A stretch of 64,000 bases of DNA from Deltaproteobacteria bacterium (GTDB taxonomy: Bacteria; Myxococcota_A; Polyangia; Polyangiales; Houyiibacteriaceae), in assembly GCA_019313915.1 (NCBI GenBank), contig JAFDAJ010000010.1, forward strand, positions 20,167 through 84,166. Reading direction: 5' to 3'. Under the pieces are notes generated by a model. That model was not told the DNA's origin and searched no databases. It saw nothing but the letters and a program-made list of their open reading frames with translations. The translations under genes and the position numbers were made by a program. Positions 19,284-28,561 of the stretch are shown here, in pieces (within the stretch, counting starts at the first letter, position 1; the number at the start of each line of letters is the position of its first letter).

Positions 19284-19781
19284 ATGGCCACCACAGCTCT
19301 CAAGGGAACCCCGGTTCAAACCAATAGCGACCTGCCCGCCACCGGCAGCGCCGCCCCGGACTTCCTCCTCGTCGGCGTCGACCTCAGCGAAAGCACGCTC
19401 GGCAGCTTCGAAGGGAAGAAGAAGATCCTCACGATCAATCCGAGCTACGACACGCCGGTCTGCCAAGCCGCGGCGCGCACCTTCAACCAACGCGCAGCGA
19501 GCCTCGACAACGTCGTGGTGCTCGTCATCAGCCCCGATCTTCCGTTTGCGCAGAATCGATTCTGCTCGGCAGAAGGCCTGGAAGGTGTGGTCCCACTCTC
19601 GACGTTCCGAGGTAGCTTCCTGCAGGACTACGGCGTCGAAATGATCGACGGCGCAATGAAGGGCCTGGCCGCCCGCGCGATTGTCGTCCTCGACGAGAAC
19701 AACAAGGTGGTGCACACCGAGCTCGTGGCCGACATCGTCCAAGAGCCTGACTACGACGCAGCCGTCGCGGCCGTCAGCTAG
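19284..19781 (+). CDS. tpx: thiol peroxidase
   Basis: 165 aa starting at the ATG behind AAGGAGA. It has the peroxidatic Cys block INPSYDTPVCQ and the resolving Cys block FAQNRFCSAEG, typical of Tpx. Confidence 0.9.
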   Translation: MATTALKGTPVQTNSDLPATGSAAPDFLLVGVDLSESTLGSFEGKKKILTINPSYDTPVCQAAARTFNQRAASLDNVVVLVISPDLPFAQNRFCSAEGLEGVVPLSTFRGSFLQDYGVEMIDGAMKGLAARAIVVLDENNKVVHTELVADIVQEPDYDAAVAAVS

Positions 19782-19938
19782 ACCGGTTCAGGGTTGACCT
19801 GATTCGATGATCGAGGTTTCGGAGCGTCGAGGCGGTCGCCGCGAAGACGAAGGACATGCAAGGCATATTCGAGGATGAGCGGTGGCCGGATCGGCGCTCC
19901 GGGGCCTCGAGGGCGGAGCAGGTCAACCCTGCACCGGT
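19782..19938 (+). repeat. 157-bp long imperfect hairpin / MITE-like inverted-repeat element filling the tpx-tkt spacer
   Basis: 19782-19806 pairs with 19914-19938, and 19811-19842 pairs with 19879-19910. The apex is ATGC/GCAT at 19856-19866. The terminal arms match at 19/20. CTAG lies immediately outside both ends. Confidence 0.8.
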
Positions 19939-21942
19939 CTAGGACAACAGGCGCTGCGCTTCGGCGACGACGCGTTCAGCCGTGATGCCGTATTTCTCGT
20001 ACAGCACCTGGTACGGCGCCGACGCACCGAACTGATCGATGGTCACGAACGCGGCGTCGTTGCCGACCCAACGGTCCCAGCCTTGGCGAATCCCGGCTTC
20101 GATGACGACCTTGGCGGCGACGCCGCGGGGAAGAATCTCTTGCTGGTACCCTTCGTCTTGCTGTTCGAAGAGCTCCCAGCACGGCATGCTGACCACACGT
20201 ACGGCGGCGCCTTCTTGCTCGAGCACGTCTGCCGCGGCAAGCGCGATCTCGATCTCGCTGCCGGTGGCCACGAGGATGACGTCCGGACCGCCGCCGCCCG
20301 CCTCACGCAATGTGTATGCCCCACGGGCGGCCTTTTCAGCGCTAGCCACCGTACTCCGATCGAGCACCGGGAGGTTCTGCCGCGTCAGTGCGAGCGCCGC
20401 CGGCCCGTCCCAGCGCAGGGCCGCCTTCCAGCACTCGCGCACCTCGTTCGCATCCGCCGGCCGGAACACCGCAAGCTGCGGAATCGAGCGCAGTGCTGCG
20501 AGGTGTTCCACGGGCTGATGGGTGGGGCCGTCTTCGCCAAGCCCAATGCTGTCGTGGGTGTAGATGTAGCGGGTATGGAGCTTCATCAGGGCGGCGAGGC
20601 GAACCGAAGGCCGCATGTAGTCGCTGAACACGAGGAAGGTGGCGCCAAACGGGATCACGCCGCCGTGAAGCGCCATGCCGTTCATCGCAGCGCCCATCCC
20701 GTGCTCCCGAATGCCCCAGTCCATGTTGCGCGGAACGCCTTCGGCCCCTGGCAAGAAGCTCGCAAGGCCCTTCAGGTGGCTATTGTTCGACCCTGCGAGG
20801 TCGGCAGAGCCCCCAACCAGCCCGCCGATCTTCGCGGCCAGGGCGTTGAGCACGATGCCGCTGGCTTTTCGCGTCGCGATGCCCTTGGGGTCGGCCTCGA
20901 ACGTCGGTAGATCGGCGTCCCAACCCACAGGCAACTCGCCAGCCAACGCGCCATCGAGCTCGCCCGCCGCCTCCGGGAACTCGGCCCGGTATCCAGCGAG
21001 ACGCGCCTGCCATGCTTCGTGGCTCTTTGCGCCGCGCTCTCGAATCGCCTCCGCCGCCCCGGCAAGCTCGTCGGGCACGAAGAACGCCTCGGTTGGCCAC
21101 TCCATGATCTGCTTGGTGGCGATGATCTCGTCCTCGCCCAGCGGCGCACCGTGCGCGCCCGAGGTGTCTCGCTTGTTCGGCGCAGGATCGCCGATGATGG
21201 TGCGCACGCGAATGAAGCTCGGACGGTCGTCCGCGACCGCGGCCTTGGCCGCTCCGATGAGTGCGGCAAGGTCGTTTCCATCGTCGACGCTTTCGGTGTG
21301 CCAGCCATACGACGCGAAGCGCGCCGGGACATTCTCGCTGAAGCTCAGGTCTGTCCTACCGTCGATGGTGATCTCGTTGTCGTCCCAAAAAACGATTAGC
21401 TTGCCCAGCTCGAGGTGACCCGCGATCGACGCGACCTCAGACGCCACGCCCTCCATGATGTCGCCATCGGACGCGATGACCCACGTACGGTGGTCGAAGA
21501 GCGTGTGCCCCGGCTTATTGAAGCGTGCGGCTAGATGGCGCTCGGCCATCGCCATCCCGACACCGTTGCCAATCCCCTGCCCAAGCGGGCCGGTCGTCGT
21601 CTCGACTCCCGGCGTGACATGCAACTCAGGATGTCCCGGCGTGAGACTTCCCCATTGCCGGAAGTTGCGAATGTCATCCAGCGAGACCGCATACCCGCTC
21701 AGGTGGAGCAACGCGTACTGCAACATCGACGCGTGGCCGCACGACAAGACGAATCGGTCGCGGTCGGGCCACTCTGGGTTGGCCGGATCGTGCCGGCGAA
21801 GCTCGGAAAAGAGCGCCCAGCCGAGCGGCGCGAGCGCCATGGGCGTGCCGGGGTGCCCCGAGTTGGCGGCTTGGACCGCGTCCATGCTCAGGCCACGAAT
21901 CGTCTTGATAGCGAGCTCATCGAGCTTCGCGGGGTTCCCCAT
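19939..21942 (-). CDS. tkt: transketolase
   Basis: 667 aa with the GHPG block ([11 protein letters not shown]), the TPP-binding GDGDIMEG-like block (SDGDIMEG) and full-length similarity. Confidence 0.95.
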   Translation of the reverse strand: MGNPAKLDELAIKTIRGLSMDAVQAANSGHPGTPMALAPLGWALFSELRRHDPANPEWPDRDRFVLSCGHASMLQYALLHLSGYAVSLDDIRNFRQWGSLTPGHPELHVTPGVETTTGPLGQGIGNGVGMAMAERHLAARFNKPGHTLFDHRTWVIASDGDIMEGVASEVASIAGHLELGKLIVFWDDNEITIDGRTDLSFSENVPARFASYGWHTESVDDGNDLAALIGAAKAAVADDRPSFIRVRTIIGDPAPNKRDTSGAHGAPLGEDEIIATKQIMEWPTEAFFVPDELAGAAEAIRERGAKSHEAWQARLAGYRAEFPEAAGELDGALAGELPVGWDADLPTFEADPKGIATRKASGIVLNALAAKIGGLVGGSADLAGSNNSHLKGLASFLPGAEGVPRNMDWGIREHGMGAAMNGMALHGGVIPFGATFLVFSDYMRPSVRLAALMKLHTRYIYTHDSIGLGEDGPTHQPVEHLAALRSIPQLAVFRPADANEVRECWKAALRWDGPAALALTRQNLPVLDRSTVASAEKAARGAYTLREAGGGGPDVILVATGSEIEIALAAADVLEQEGAAVRVVSMPCWELFEQQDEGYQQEILPRGVAAKVVIEAGIRQGWDRWVGNDAAFVTIDQFGASAPYQVLYEKYGITAERVVAEAQRLLS

Positions 21943-22133
21943 GCTCTTGTCCTCCTGGTTCGCGGGCCGGATCTAGCAGGCCAGGGGAAAACGCAAAAGG
22001 TGCGCCGGAGGGTTTTTCGGTCACCGCTGGACATCACCCCGGATCGCCACTAACAACCCCGGACGCGGGCAGTCGATTGTTGACTGTTTCAATCGGGTTT
22101 GCCGGCCTGGCAGCGCCCGCGCAGGAGGAAGGG

Positions 22134-23267
22134 ATGCCTCAGATTTTCGTGCCCAAGGAAGTCGTCGAGGGCGAGACTCGGGTCGCTTGCACGCCAGAAA
22201 CGACGAAGCGCTACGTGAAAGAAGGCTTCGATGTCGTCGTGGAGAGCGATGCGGGCAAGCACGCTCACTTCACCGATGAGCACTACCGGGACGCAGGCGC
22301 CAAGATCGTCTCCGGCGGCGAGGCGGAGGCCGCGTGGGGAAATGCCGACATCGTTTTCCGAGTCTATCCGATCACGCCGGCCGAGGCGTCCAAGATCAAG
22401 GAGGGCGCGATCCTCATCGGATTCATGTCACCCCATAAGAATCTCGATTCGGTGCGGATTCTGCGCGACCGCAAGGTCAGCACCATCGCGATGGAGCTCG
22501 TGCCCCGAATCAGCCGCGCTCAGTCGATGGACGCGCTGAGCTCGCAGGCTTCGATCTCGGGCTACCAGGCCGTGCTCATGGCGGCCACCTACCTCGACAA
22601 GTACTTCCCTCTGCTGATGACGGCTGCCGGCACGATTCAGCCCGCCAAGATCGTCATCATGGGCGCCGGCGTAGCGGGGCTACAAGCGATCGCGACCGCA
22701 CGCCGTCTCGGCGCGGTAGTCGAGGTGTCGGACATCCGACCTTCCGTCAAGGAACAGATCGAGTCGCTCGGCGGACGTTTCATCGACTTTCCGATGGACG
22801 AGAGTGGCGAGGGCGAAGGCGGATACGCGCGCGAGCTCACCCCGGAGCAACTCGAGGCACAGCGGGAGGTCGTTCGTAAGAGGGTAGTGGCTGCTGACGC
22901 GGTGATCACGACAGCGCTCGTGCCTGGACGCCCCGCGCCGAAGCTCATCACCAAAGACATGGTCGCGGAGATGCGCGAAGGCGCGGTCATCGTCGACCTC
23001 GCTGTCGAGCAAGGCGGCAACTGCGAGCTCTCGAAGAGCGGTGAAATGGTCGTGGAACACGGTGTGACCATCATCGGCCATCCCAATTTGCCTGCTGCCA
23101 CGCCCGCCGACGCGAGCTTACTCTACTCCCGCAATATCCTTGCCCTTCTCCTCAGCACAGTGTCCGAGGGAGAGGTTGTCTTGAACCTCGAGGACGAGAT
23201 CCTCGACGGCGTCCTGCTCACCCACAACGGCGAAGTCCGGCACGGACCGACCGCCGAGGCCCTCTAG
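22134..23267 (+). CDS. pntAA: NAD(P) transhydrogenase subunit alpha part 1
   Basis: AlaDH/PNT N-terminal and NAD-binding domains (MGAGVAGLQAIATA). ATG 22134 follows AGGAGGAAGGG. Confidence 0.9.
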   Translation: MPQIFVPKEVVEGETRVACTPETTKRYVKEGFDVVVESDAGKHAHFTDEHYRDAGAKIVSGGEAEAAWGNADIVFRVYPITPAEASKIKEGAILIGFMSPHKNLDSVRILRDRKVSTIAMELVPRISRAQSMDALSSQASISGYQAVLMAATYLDKYFPLLMTAAGTIQPAKIVIMGAGVAGLQAIATARRLGAVVEVSDIRPSVKEQIESLGGRFIDFPMDESGEGEGGYARELTPEQLEAQREVVRKRVVAADAVITTALVPGRPAPKLITKDMVAEMREGAVIVDLAVEQGGNCELSKSGEMVVEHGVTIIGHPNLPAATPADASLLYSRNILALLLSTVSEGEVVLNLEDEILDGVLLTHNGEVRHGPTAEAL

Positions 23268-23282
23268 GAAAGGAGACCGACC

Positions 23283-23579
23283 ATGACTCTGGGACCTCTG
23301 CTCATAGGCATCTACGTGTTCGTGCTCGCTAGCTTCGTCGGCTTCGAGATGATCACCAAGGTGCCGCCGACCCTGCATACCCCATTGATGAGCGGTGCGA
23401 ACGCCATCAGCGGTATCACCGTGGTCGGCGCAATCGCCGCCGCAACGACCGGCGCCCCGACCGTCGCCAACATCCTTGGCGCGCTCGCCATCGTCACCGC
23501 GACGATCAACGTCGTCGGCGGCTTCCTGGTCACCGACCGCATGTTGCGCATGTTCGGGAAGAAGAAGAAGAAGAAATGA
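23283..23579 (+). CDS. pntAB: NAD(P) transhydrogenase subunit alpha part 2
   Basis: 98-aa membrane protein (HTPLMSGANAISGI) of the three-gene split PntAA/AB/B type. Confidence 0.9.
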   Translation: MTLGPLLIGIYVFVLASFVGFEMITKVPPTLHTPLMSGANAISGITVVGAIAAATTGAPTVANILGALAIVTATINVVGGFLVTDRMLRMFGKKKKKK

Positions 23580-25012
23580 ACCAGGAAGTCATTCAGTCGA
23601 CCGTGGTCCCGGTCATCTATCTCCTGTCCACGGTCCTGTTCATTTTCGGGATCAAGCAGCTCTCCAAGGTGAGGACCGCACGGCGTGGCAACGCGCTTGC
23701 TGCCGTCGGCATGCTGCTTGCGATCATCGGTGCCCTGCTGGAGCTCGGCGTCGTCGACTATCGCTGGATCGCCGGAGGCATGGCGATCGGCACCGTCATC
23801 GGCCTGCTGTTCGCCATTCGCGTCCAGATGACCTCGATGCCCGAGATGGTGGCACTTTTCAACGGCTTCGGCGGCATAGCCTCTGCATTGGTGGCGGCTT
23901 CGGTCTACTGGGCCCTGGTCGTTCAACGAAGTCCGGCGGGCAAGGTCTACGAGGTGCTCGGCACCGACGAGGCCATCACGGTCATGCTGTCGATTCTGAT
24001 TGGCGGCATTACCTTCACGGGTAGCCTCATCGCCCTGTTCAAGCTTCAGGGGAAGCTGAAGAAGGGCCAGCCGATCTTACTTCCCGCGAGGCACTACATC
24101 ACCTTCGTGCTGCTCGTTGGGTCCTTTGCGTTCGGCGGGCTTGCCGTGGCGGCGACCGCTTCGGATTCGGTCGTGTGGATACTCGCGCTCGGCGCGGGAT
24201 CGCTGATCCTCGGGGTCCTGCTGACGATCCCCATCGGCGGCGCGGACATGCCCGTCGTCGTGTCGCTCCTCAACTCGTACTCCGGCATAGCCGCATCGAT
24301 GGCCGGTTTCGTCATCGGGAACCCCGTGTTGATCATCGCAGGCGCCCTGGTCGGCGCAGCGGGCCTGATCCTCACGCAGATCATGTGCGTGGCGATGAAC
24401 CGCTCGCTCCTCAACGTCTTGGTCGGCGGCTTCGGCGTCACCGATGGCGGCGGCGGTGGCGGCGGAAGCGACGAGTACACGAGCGTGACCTCGTGCGGCC
24501 CCGAAGAGGCCGCGATGATCCTCGAGAACGCGGAGTCTCTGATCATCATTCCGGGCTATGGATTGGCGGTCGCACAAGCGCAGCACGCAGTCCGCGAGCT
24601 CGCCGACATGCTGAAAGCCCGCGGCACCAAAGTCACCTACGGCATCCACCCGGTCGCGGGCCGCATGCCCGGTCACATGAACGTCCTGCTGGCCGAAGCC
24701 GACGTCCCCTACGAAGAGCTCCTCGAGATGGACGTGATCAACCCCGAGTTCAAGAACACCGACGTGGTGCTCATCCTCGGCGCCAACGACGTCGTGAACC
24801 CCGCCGCCACCAAGGACCCGACCAGCCCCATCGCGGGCATGCCGATCCTCAATGCCCACGAAGCCCGCTCGGTCTTCGTCGTCAAACGAAGCCTCAGCCC
24901 CGGCTACGCCGGCATCAAGAACGAGCTCTTCGAGTACGACAACACGATGATGATCTTCGGCGACGCGAAGAAGGTGTTGCAGGGGCTGATTGGGGAAGTG
25001 AAGGACTTGTAG
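23576..25012 (+). CDS. pntB: NAD(P) transhydrogenase subunit beta
   Basis: 478 aa with an N-terminal membrane domain and a C-terminal NADP(H) domain (GYGLAVAQAQH, GANDVVNP). Its start overlaps the pntAB stop. Confidence 0.95.
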   Translation: MNQEVIQSTVVPVIYLLSTVLFIFGIKQLSKVRTARRGNALAAVGMLLAIIGALLELGVVDYRWIAGGMAIGTVIGLLFAIRVQMTSMPEMVALFNGFGGIASALVAASVYWALVVQRSPAGKVYEVLGTDEAITVMLSILIGGITFTGSLIALFKLQGKLKKGQPILLPARHYITFVLLVGSFAFGGLAVAATASDSVVWILALGAGSLILGVLLTIPIGGADMPVVVSLLNSYSGIAASMAGFVIGNPVLIIAGALVGAAGLILTQIMCVAMNRSLLNVLVGGFGVTDGGGGGGGSDEYTSVTSCGPEEAAMILENAESLIIIPGYGLAVAQAQHAVRELADMLKARGTKVTYGIHPVAGRMPGHMNVLLAEADVPYEELLEMDVINPEFKNTDVVLILGANDVVNPAATKDPTSPIAGMPILNAHEARSVFVVKRSLSPGYAGIKNELFEYDNTMMIFGDAKKVLQGLIGEVKDL

Positions 25013-25090
25013 GGGGGGTGCTGGGTGGCGGGGGTGCTCAAATGGCAGCCTGGTTTGGTTTAGTTATATCCAACCCGCCCCCAAGCCAAA

Positions 25091-26479
25091 CTAGTTGTCC
25101 CGGAAGTCCGCCGCCCCCGGCGCGGCACCCGTGTAGTAGTCGGACTCCGCCAAATCATCGAAGCGCGTGTACTCGTTGAAGAACCGAACTCGGCACGTGC
25201 CCGTCGGCCCTGAGCGCTGCTTGCCGATGATGATCTCGGCAATGCCGCGATCGTCGCTGTCCTGGTTGTAAACCTCGTCGCGGTAGATGAACCAAATCGT
25301 ATCGGCATCCTGCTCGATGGCGCCGGACTCACGAAGGTCGGAAAGCTGCGGCCGCTTGTCTTTCGTGCCGCGCGACTCGACGCCGCGGTTGAGCTGCGAG
25401 AGCGCCATCACCGGCATCTCGAGCTCCTTGGCGAGCGCCTTCAAGCTTCGGCTGATCTCACTGATCTCCTGCTCGCGCGAATCATTGCGCGACCCCGAGC
25501 GCATCAGCTGCATATAGTCCACCACGATCAAGCCGAGGCCGACCTCGGATTTGAGCCGGCGGGCTTTGGCGCGTAGCTCGATCATCGAGATCGCCGGCGT
25601 GTCGTCGATCCAGATCGGCATCTCACTCAGCGTGCCCGCGGCGTCCGCAAGCTTGGGCCAGTCGTCCTTCTGCAGCTGCCCGGTGCGAATGCGATTGCCA
25701 TCGACGCGCGCTTCGCTGCCCAGAAGACGGCGAACGAGCTGCCCTTTGGGCATCTCCAGCGAAAACACTGCAACGGGCGAGCCGCTCTTGTGGCACGCGT
25801 AGTGCGCCACATTGAGCGCAAACGAGGTCTTACCCATGCCGGGACGCCCTGCGACGATGATGAGATCGCCCGCGTGCATTCCCGCCGTCATCTTGTCGAG
25901 CTGTTTGTAGCCCGTGGGCAGGCCCGTGATCGCTTCGCCGCGATTGGCCGTCTCATGGATCTCCTGAAACGTCCGCATCACGACATCTTTTACGTGCTCG
26001 TAAGGATTCCGTGCGCGCTCCCTCCCGACGGCGAAAATCGACGACTCGGATTGATCGAGATACTCGTCGATGGGCCCGTAGTCCCCGTAGCCCCGGGAGA
26101 CCACCTCGTGACACGCCAGAATGAGCGACCGGATCACCGATTTCTCCCGGATGATCCGCGCGTGCGCTTGGATGTTCGAGACACTGGGGATGGTATTGCT
26201 GAGCGACAGCAGATACTCGTCGCCCCCGATCGACCCGAGCTTCCCACTATGGACAAGCACCTCTCGCAGCGTGACCTGATCGACCGGTTGGCCCCGGCGA
26301 GACAGTTCGGTCATCGCCTCGAAGATCTTGGCATTGGCCTCGCTGTAGAAGTCCTCCACGGACAGCGTCTCGACGACGATGTTCATCGCTTGGTTCTCGA
26401 GGAGGATTCCCCCGAGCACCGCCCGTTCCGCCTCGAGGGCGTTGGGAGGGACTTGGCCGGCTTGTGGCTGTGAACTGAT
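25091..26479 (-). CDS. dnaB: replicative DNA helicase DnaB
   Basis: Walker A GRPGMGKTSFAL, plus DYMQLM and SQLNR blocks. The first canonical start is GTG 26419. The conserved N-terminal motif VPPNALEAERAVLGG is encoded in frame upstream of it, so I extend to ATC 26479 behind AAGGGAG (see findings). Confidence 0.9.
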   Translation of the reverse strand: MSSQPQAGQVPPNALEAERAVLGGILLENQAMNIVVETLSVEDFYSEANAKIFEAMTELSRRGQPVDQVTLREVLVHSGKLGSIGGDEYLLSLSNTIPSVSNIQAHARIIREKSVIRSLILACHEVVSRGYGDYGPIDEYLDQSESSIFAVGRERARNPYEHVKDVVMRTFQEIHETANRGEAITGLPTGYKQLDKMTAGMHAGDLIIVAGRPGMGKTSFALNVAHYACHKSGSPVAVFSLEMPKGQLVRRLLGSEARVDGNRIRTGQLQKDDWPKLADAAGTLSEMPIWIDDTPAISMIELRAKARRLKSEVGLGLIVVDYMQLMRSGSRNDSREQEISEISRSLKALAKELEMPVMALSQLNRGVESRGTKDKRPQLSDLRESGAIEQDADTIWFIYRDEVYNQDSDDRGIAEIIIGKQRSGPTGTCRVRFFNEYTRFDDLAESDYYTGAAPGAADFRDN

Positions 26480-26547
26480 GACCGTGGCTCCCTTCGAACT
26501 TGGTTTTAGCTTCTACGGGAGCGGAGCGGAAGCGCTATCGCGCCCGC

Positions 26548-27012
26548 TCATGCGCGGGTCTTGACTTCGAGCTTCACGGTTGCCGTCAAGCCATACGGTA
26601 GCTTCACGCCTACCTCGTAGCTGCCCACCTCTTTGATGGTTTGAGCCGGCATAACGAGCTGCTTCTTGTCGACGTCCTCGACGCCCTTGGCCTTGAGGCC
26701 CTCGAGCACATCGTTCCAGGTGACCGAGCCAAAGAGCTTGCCGTCCTCGCCTGCTTCCTTGGCGACCATGAGCTTGATCTTCGCGAGTGCGGCAACGATT
26801 GTCTCCTGCTCCGCACGAAGCTTCGCGATGCGCTGAGCCTGAATCGACTTTTCATGTTCGATCTGCCGAACATTCCCCCGACTGGCGACGACCGCAAGGC
26901 CACGCGGCAACAGGAGGTTCCGGGCGTATCCGCGGCGCACACGCACCACGTCGCCAATCGAGCCGAGATGCTCGAGATTTTCTTTGAGTACGACTTCCAC
27001 TGTGGATGCCAT
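26548..27012 (-). CDS. rplI: 50S ribosomal protein L9
   Basis: MASTVEVVLKENLEHLGSIGDVVRVRRGYARNLLLPRGLA is a canonical L9 N-terminus. Starts at ATG 27012. Confidence 0.9.
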   Translation of the reverse strand: MASTVEVVLKENLEHLGSIGDVVRVRRGYARNLLLPRGLAVVASRGNVRQIEHEKSIQAQRIAKLRAEQETIVAALAKIKLMVAKEAGEDGKLFGSVTWNDVLEGLKAKGVEDVDKKQLVMPAQTIKEVGSYEVGVKLPYGLTATVKLEVKTRA

Positions 27013-27019
27013 GATTACC

Positions 27020-27283
27020 TCACTTCGTCGCCGTATAGGGGAGCAGCGCAATATTGCGGGCTCGCTTGATTGCACGGGTCAGATCGCGTTGCTGCTTCGC
27101 ATTCAGGCCGTTGATTCGCCGGGGCGTGATCTTGCCACGGTCCGTGATGAAGTGCCGAAGCTGCTGCGGATCTTTGTAGTCAAACTTGAAGTCCGGTGCG
27201 AGTGCGTGACCCGGCGCCTTCTTGCGACCGCGTCCGCGTCCGCCACCTTCAACGTCGAAATCTTGTCGGATATCGTCGGCCAT
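27020..27283 (-). CDS. rpsR: 30S ribosomal protein S18
   Basis: 87 aa with [42 protein letters not shown]. Confidence 0.95.
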   Translation of the reverse strand: MADDIRQDFDVEGGGRGRGRKKAPGHALAPDFKFDYKDPQQLRHFITDRGKITPRRINGLNAKQQRDLTRAIKRARNIALLPYTATK

Positions 27284-27286
27284 CGG

Positions 27287-27891
27287 TCAGCCCTCCTCGC
27301 GCTTGTCCGCGTCGGACTCAGCGTCGGTTGAATCTGCGGCAGCCGCCTCGGCTGCAGGTGCTTCTGCGGCGGGTGCCTCTGCAGCAGCTGCCTCGGCGGC
27401 GGCTGCCTCGGCGGCGGGTGCGCCTCCGTCGGCATCGGACGTGGCGCTCGCGGCGCCATCCCGAGGCTGCGTGCGCGCTCGAGCTCGGCGTCCTCGGAGT
27501 CTTCCTCTTCCTCGACATGCAGGTACTGCACCTCTTCGGGGTCAACGGCGACCGCAGACGGGTCGATGTTCTCCTCGAGAAGCACGGTCTGGAACCGCAC
27601 CACCTCGTCGAGCAAACGCAGGTTGCGCTCGAGCTCGGCGACGAGGTCGCCGTAACCCACGTACTTCAGATAGACGAAGATACCGCGGCTGCTCTTCTGA
27701 ATGGGGTACGCGAGCTTGCGCTTGCCCCAGTTGTCGAGCTTCGTGAGCGTGCCGTCGAGACGCGCGATGACGTCCTTGGCACGGCCGACGACCTTCTCTG
27801 CGCCGGCGTTGTCGACGTCGGATCGCAGGATGTAGATTGTTTCGTATTCGCGCGCCCACCGGATGGGGGCTGCTGCCGCTGCAGTTGCCAT
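27287..27891 (-). CDS. rpsF: 30S ribosomal protein S6 (needs a -1 frame change near 27457-27465)
   Basis: The S6 core (REYETIYILRSD..WGKRKLAYPI) runs from ATG 27891 behind AGGAGGAGAAA. The starting frame has no stop until 27103, inside rpsR. The -1 frame encodes an acidic Ala/Glu tail that ends at TGA 27289..27287, 3 nt before the rpsR ATG. Confidence 0.8.
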
Positions 27892-27977
27892 TTTCTCCTC
27901 CTGGTCTGGTCGGCCCCAGCCAGTGGCTGGAGCGAGGGAGCGCGAGGCATAGCCGATCCTCGCTCTCGCGCCAGTCG

Positions 27978-28547
27978 TCAGGATCGGTTGTGATGACGGT
28001 TCATGGCGTTGCGCACACCCTCGCGAATCGCGGTCTCGACCATGTCCGCGCCCAAGTCGAGCACCGCGACCAGCTCGGCTCGCTCCAAACTGTCGAAATC
28101 ACTCAGGACATGGTGCTCGGGTCGCCCTCGAGCGGGCCGCCCGATGCCCACTCGGCAACGCGCGAAGTCCGGGCCGCCACAGTGCTCCACCATCGAGCGA
28201 AGCCCGTTGTGGCCGGCTGTCCCACCGCCCATCTTGAGCCGCACGACCCCAAAATCGAGGTCGAGCTCGTCGTGAACGCAAACGACTTGCCCGAGCGGGA
28301 CCTTGAAGAAGCGCATGGCCGCCTGAACAGCCTCCCCGCTCAGGTTCATGAAGGTCATGGGCTTGAGAAGCACCACGTCGTCGTTGTCGACGGCGACTTT
28401 GGTGAACTCAGCCTTAAACTTGTCTCGGAAACCAGACGCACCCCAGCGCCGCGCCAGCTCGTCGACCACCATGAATCCAACATTGTGGCGATTCCCAGCG
28501 TACTTCGGACCGGGATTTCCGAGGCCAGCGATGAGATGCGTGCTCAC
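27978..28547 (-). CDS. pth: peptidyl-tRNA hydrolase
   Basis: LIAGLGNPGPKYAGNRHNVGF and GTAGHNGLRS motifs. 189 aa. Confidence 0.95.
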   Translation of the reverse strand: MSTHLIAGLGNPGPKYAGNRHNVGFMVVDELARRWGASGFRDKFKAEFTKVAVDNDDVVLLKPMTFMNLSGEAVQAAMRFFKVPLGQVVCVHDELDLDFGVVRLKMGGGTAGHNGLRSMVEHCGGPDFARCRVGIGRPARGRPEHHVLSDFDSLERAELVAVLDLGADMVETAIREGVRNAMNRHHNRS

Positions 28548-28561
28548 GGCGCGCCAGGTGC

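Noticed and set aside
22108-22123. Sigma54-like TGGCAG-N5-GCGCA upstream of pntAA.
   Set aside because: The -12 element is degenerate (GCGC instead of TTGC). The site is only about 10 nt from the RBS, so the predicted start would fall inside or after the Shine-Dalgarno sequence.
24446-24469. GGC/GGT codon run (GGGGGGS) in pntB, and the AAG x5 AAA run at 23559-23576.
   Set aside because: Both are in frame within well-supported genes, as a flexible interdomain linker and a Lys-rich C-terminus. They are not independent repeat features.
27103-27286. The 3' part of the 262-aa rpsF-frame ORF, which overlaps all of rpsR.
   Set aside because: It is Pro/Arg/Gln-rich, uses rare AGG codons and fully overlaps a conserved ribosomal protein gene. 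The -1 frame gives a sensible S6 tail that ends before rpsR.
27892-27977. Two small hairpins (GCGAGG/CCTCGC and CCAGCC/GGCTGG) in the rpsF 5' leader, as a possible S6:S18 autoregulatory leader.
   Set aside because: An S6:S18-binding leader is known in many bacteria. I cannot verify its conserved internal-loop nucleotides by eye here, and the stems are short. This needs a covariance-model scan before it can be claimed.
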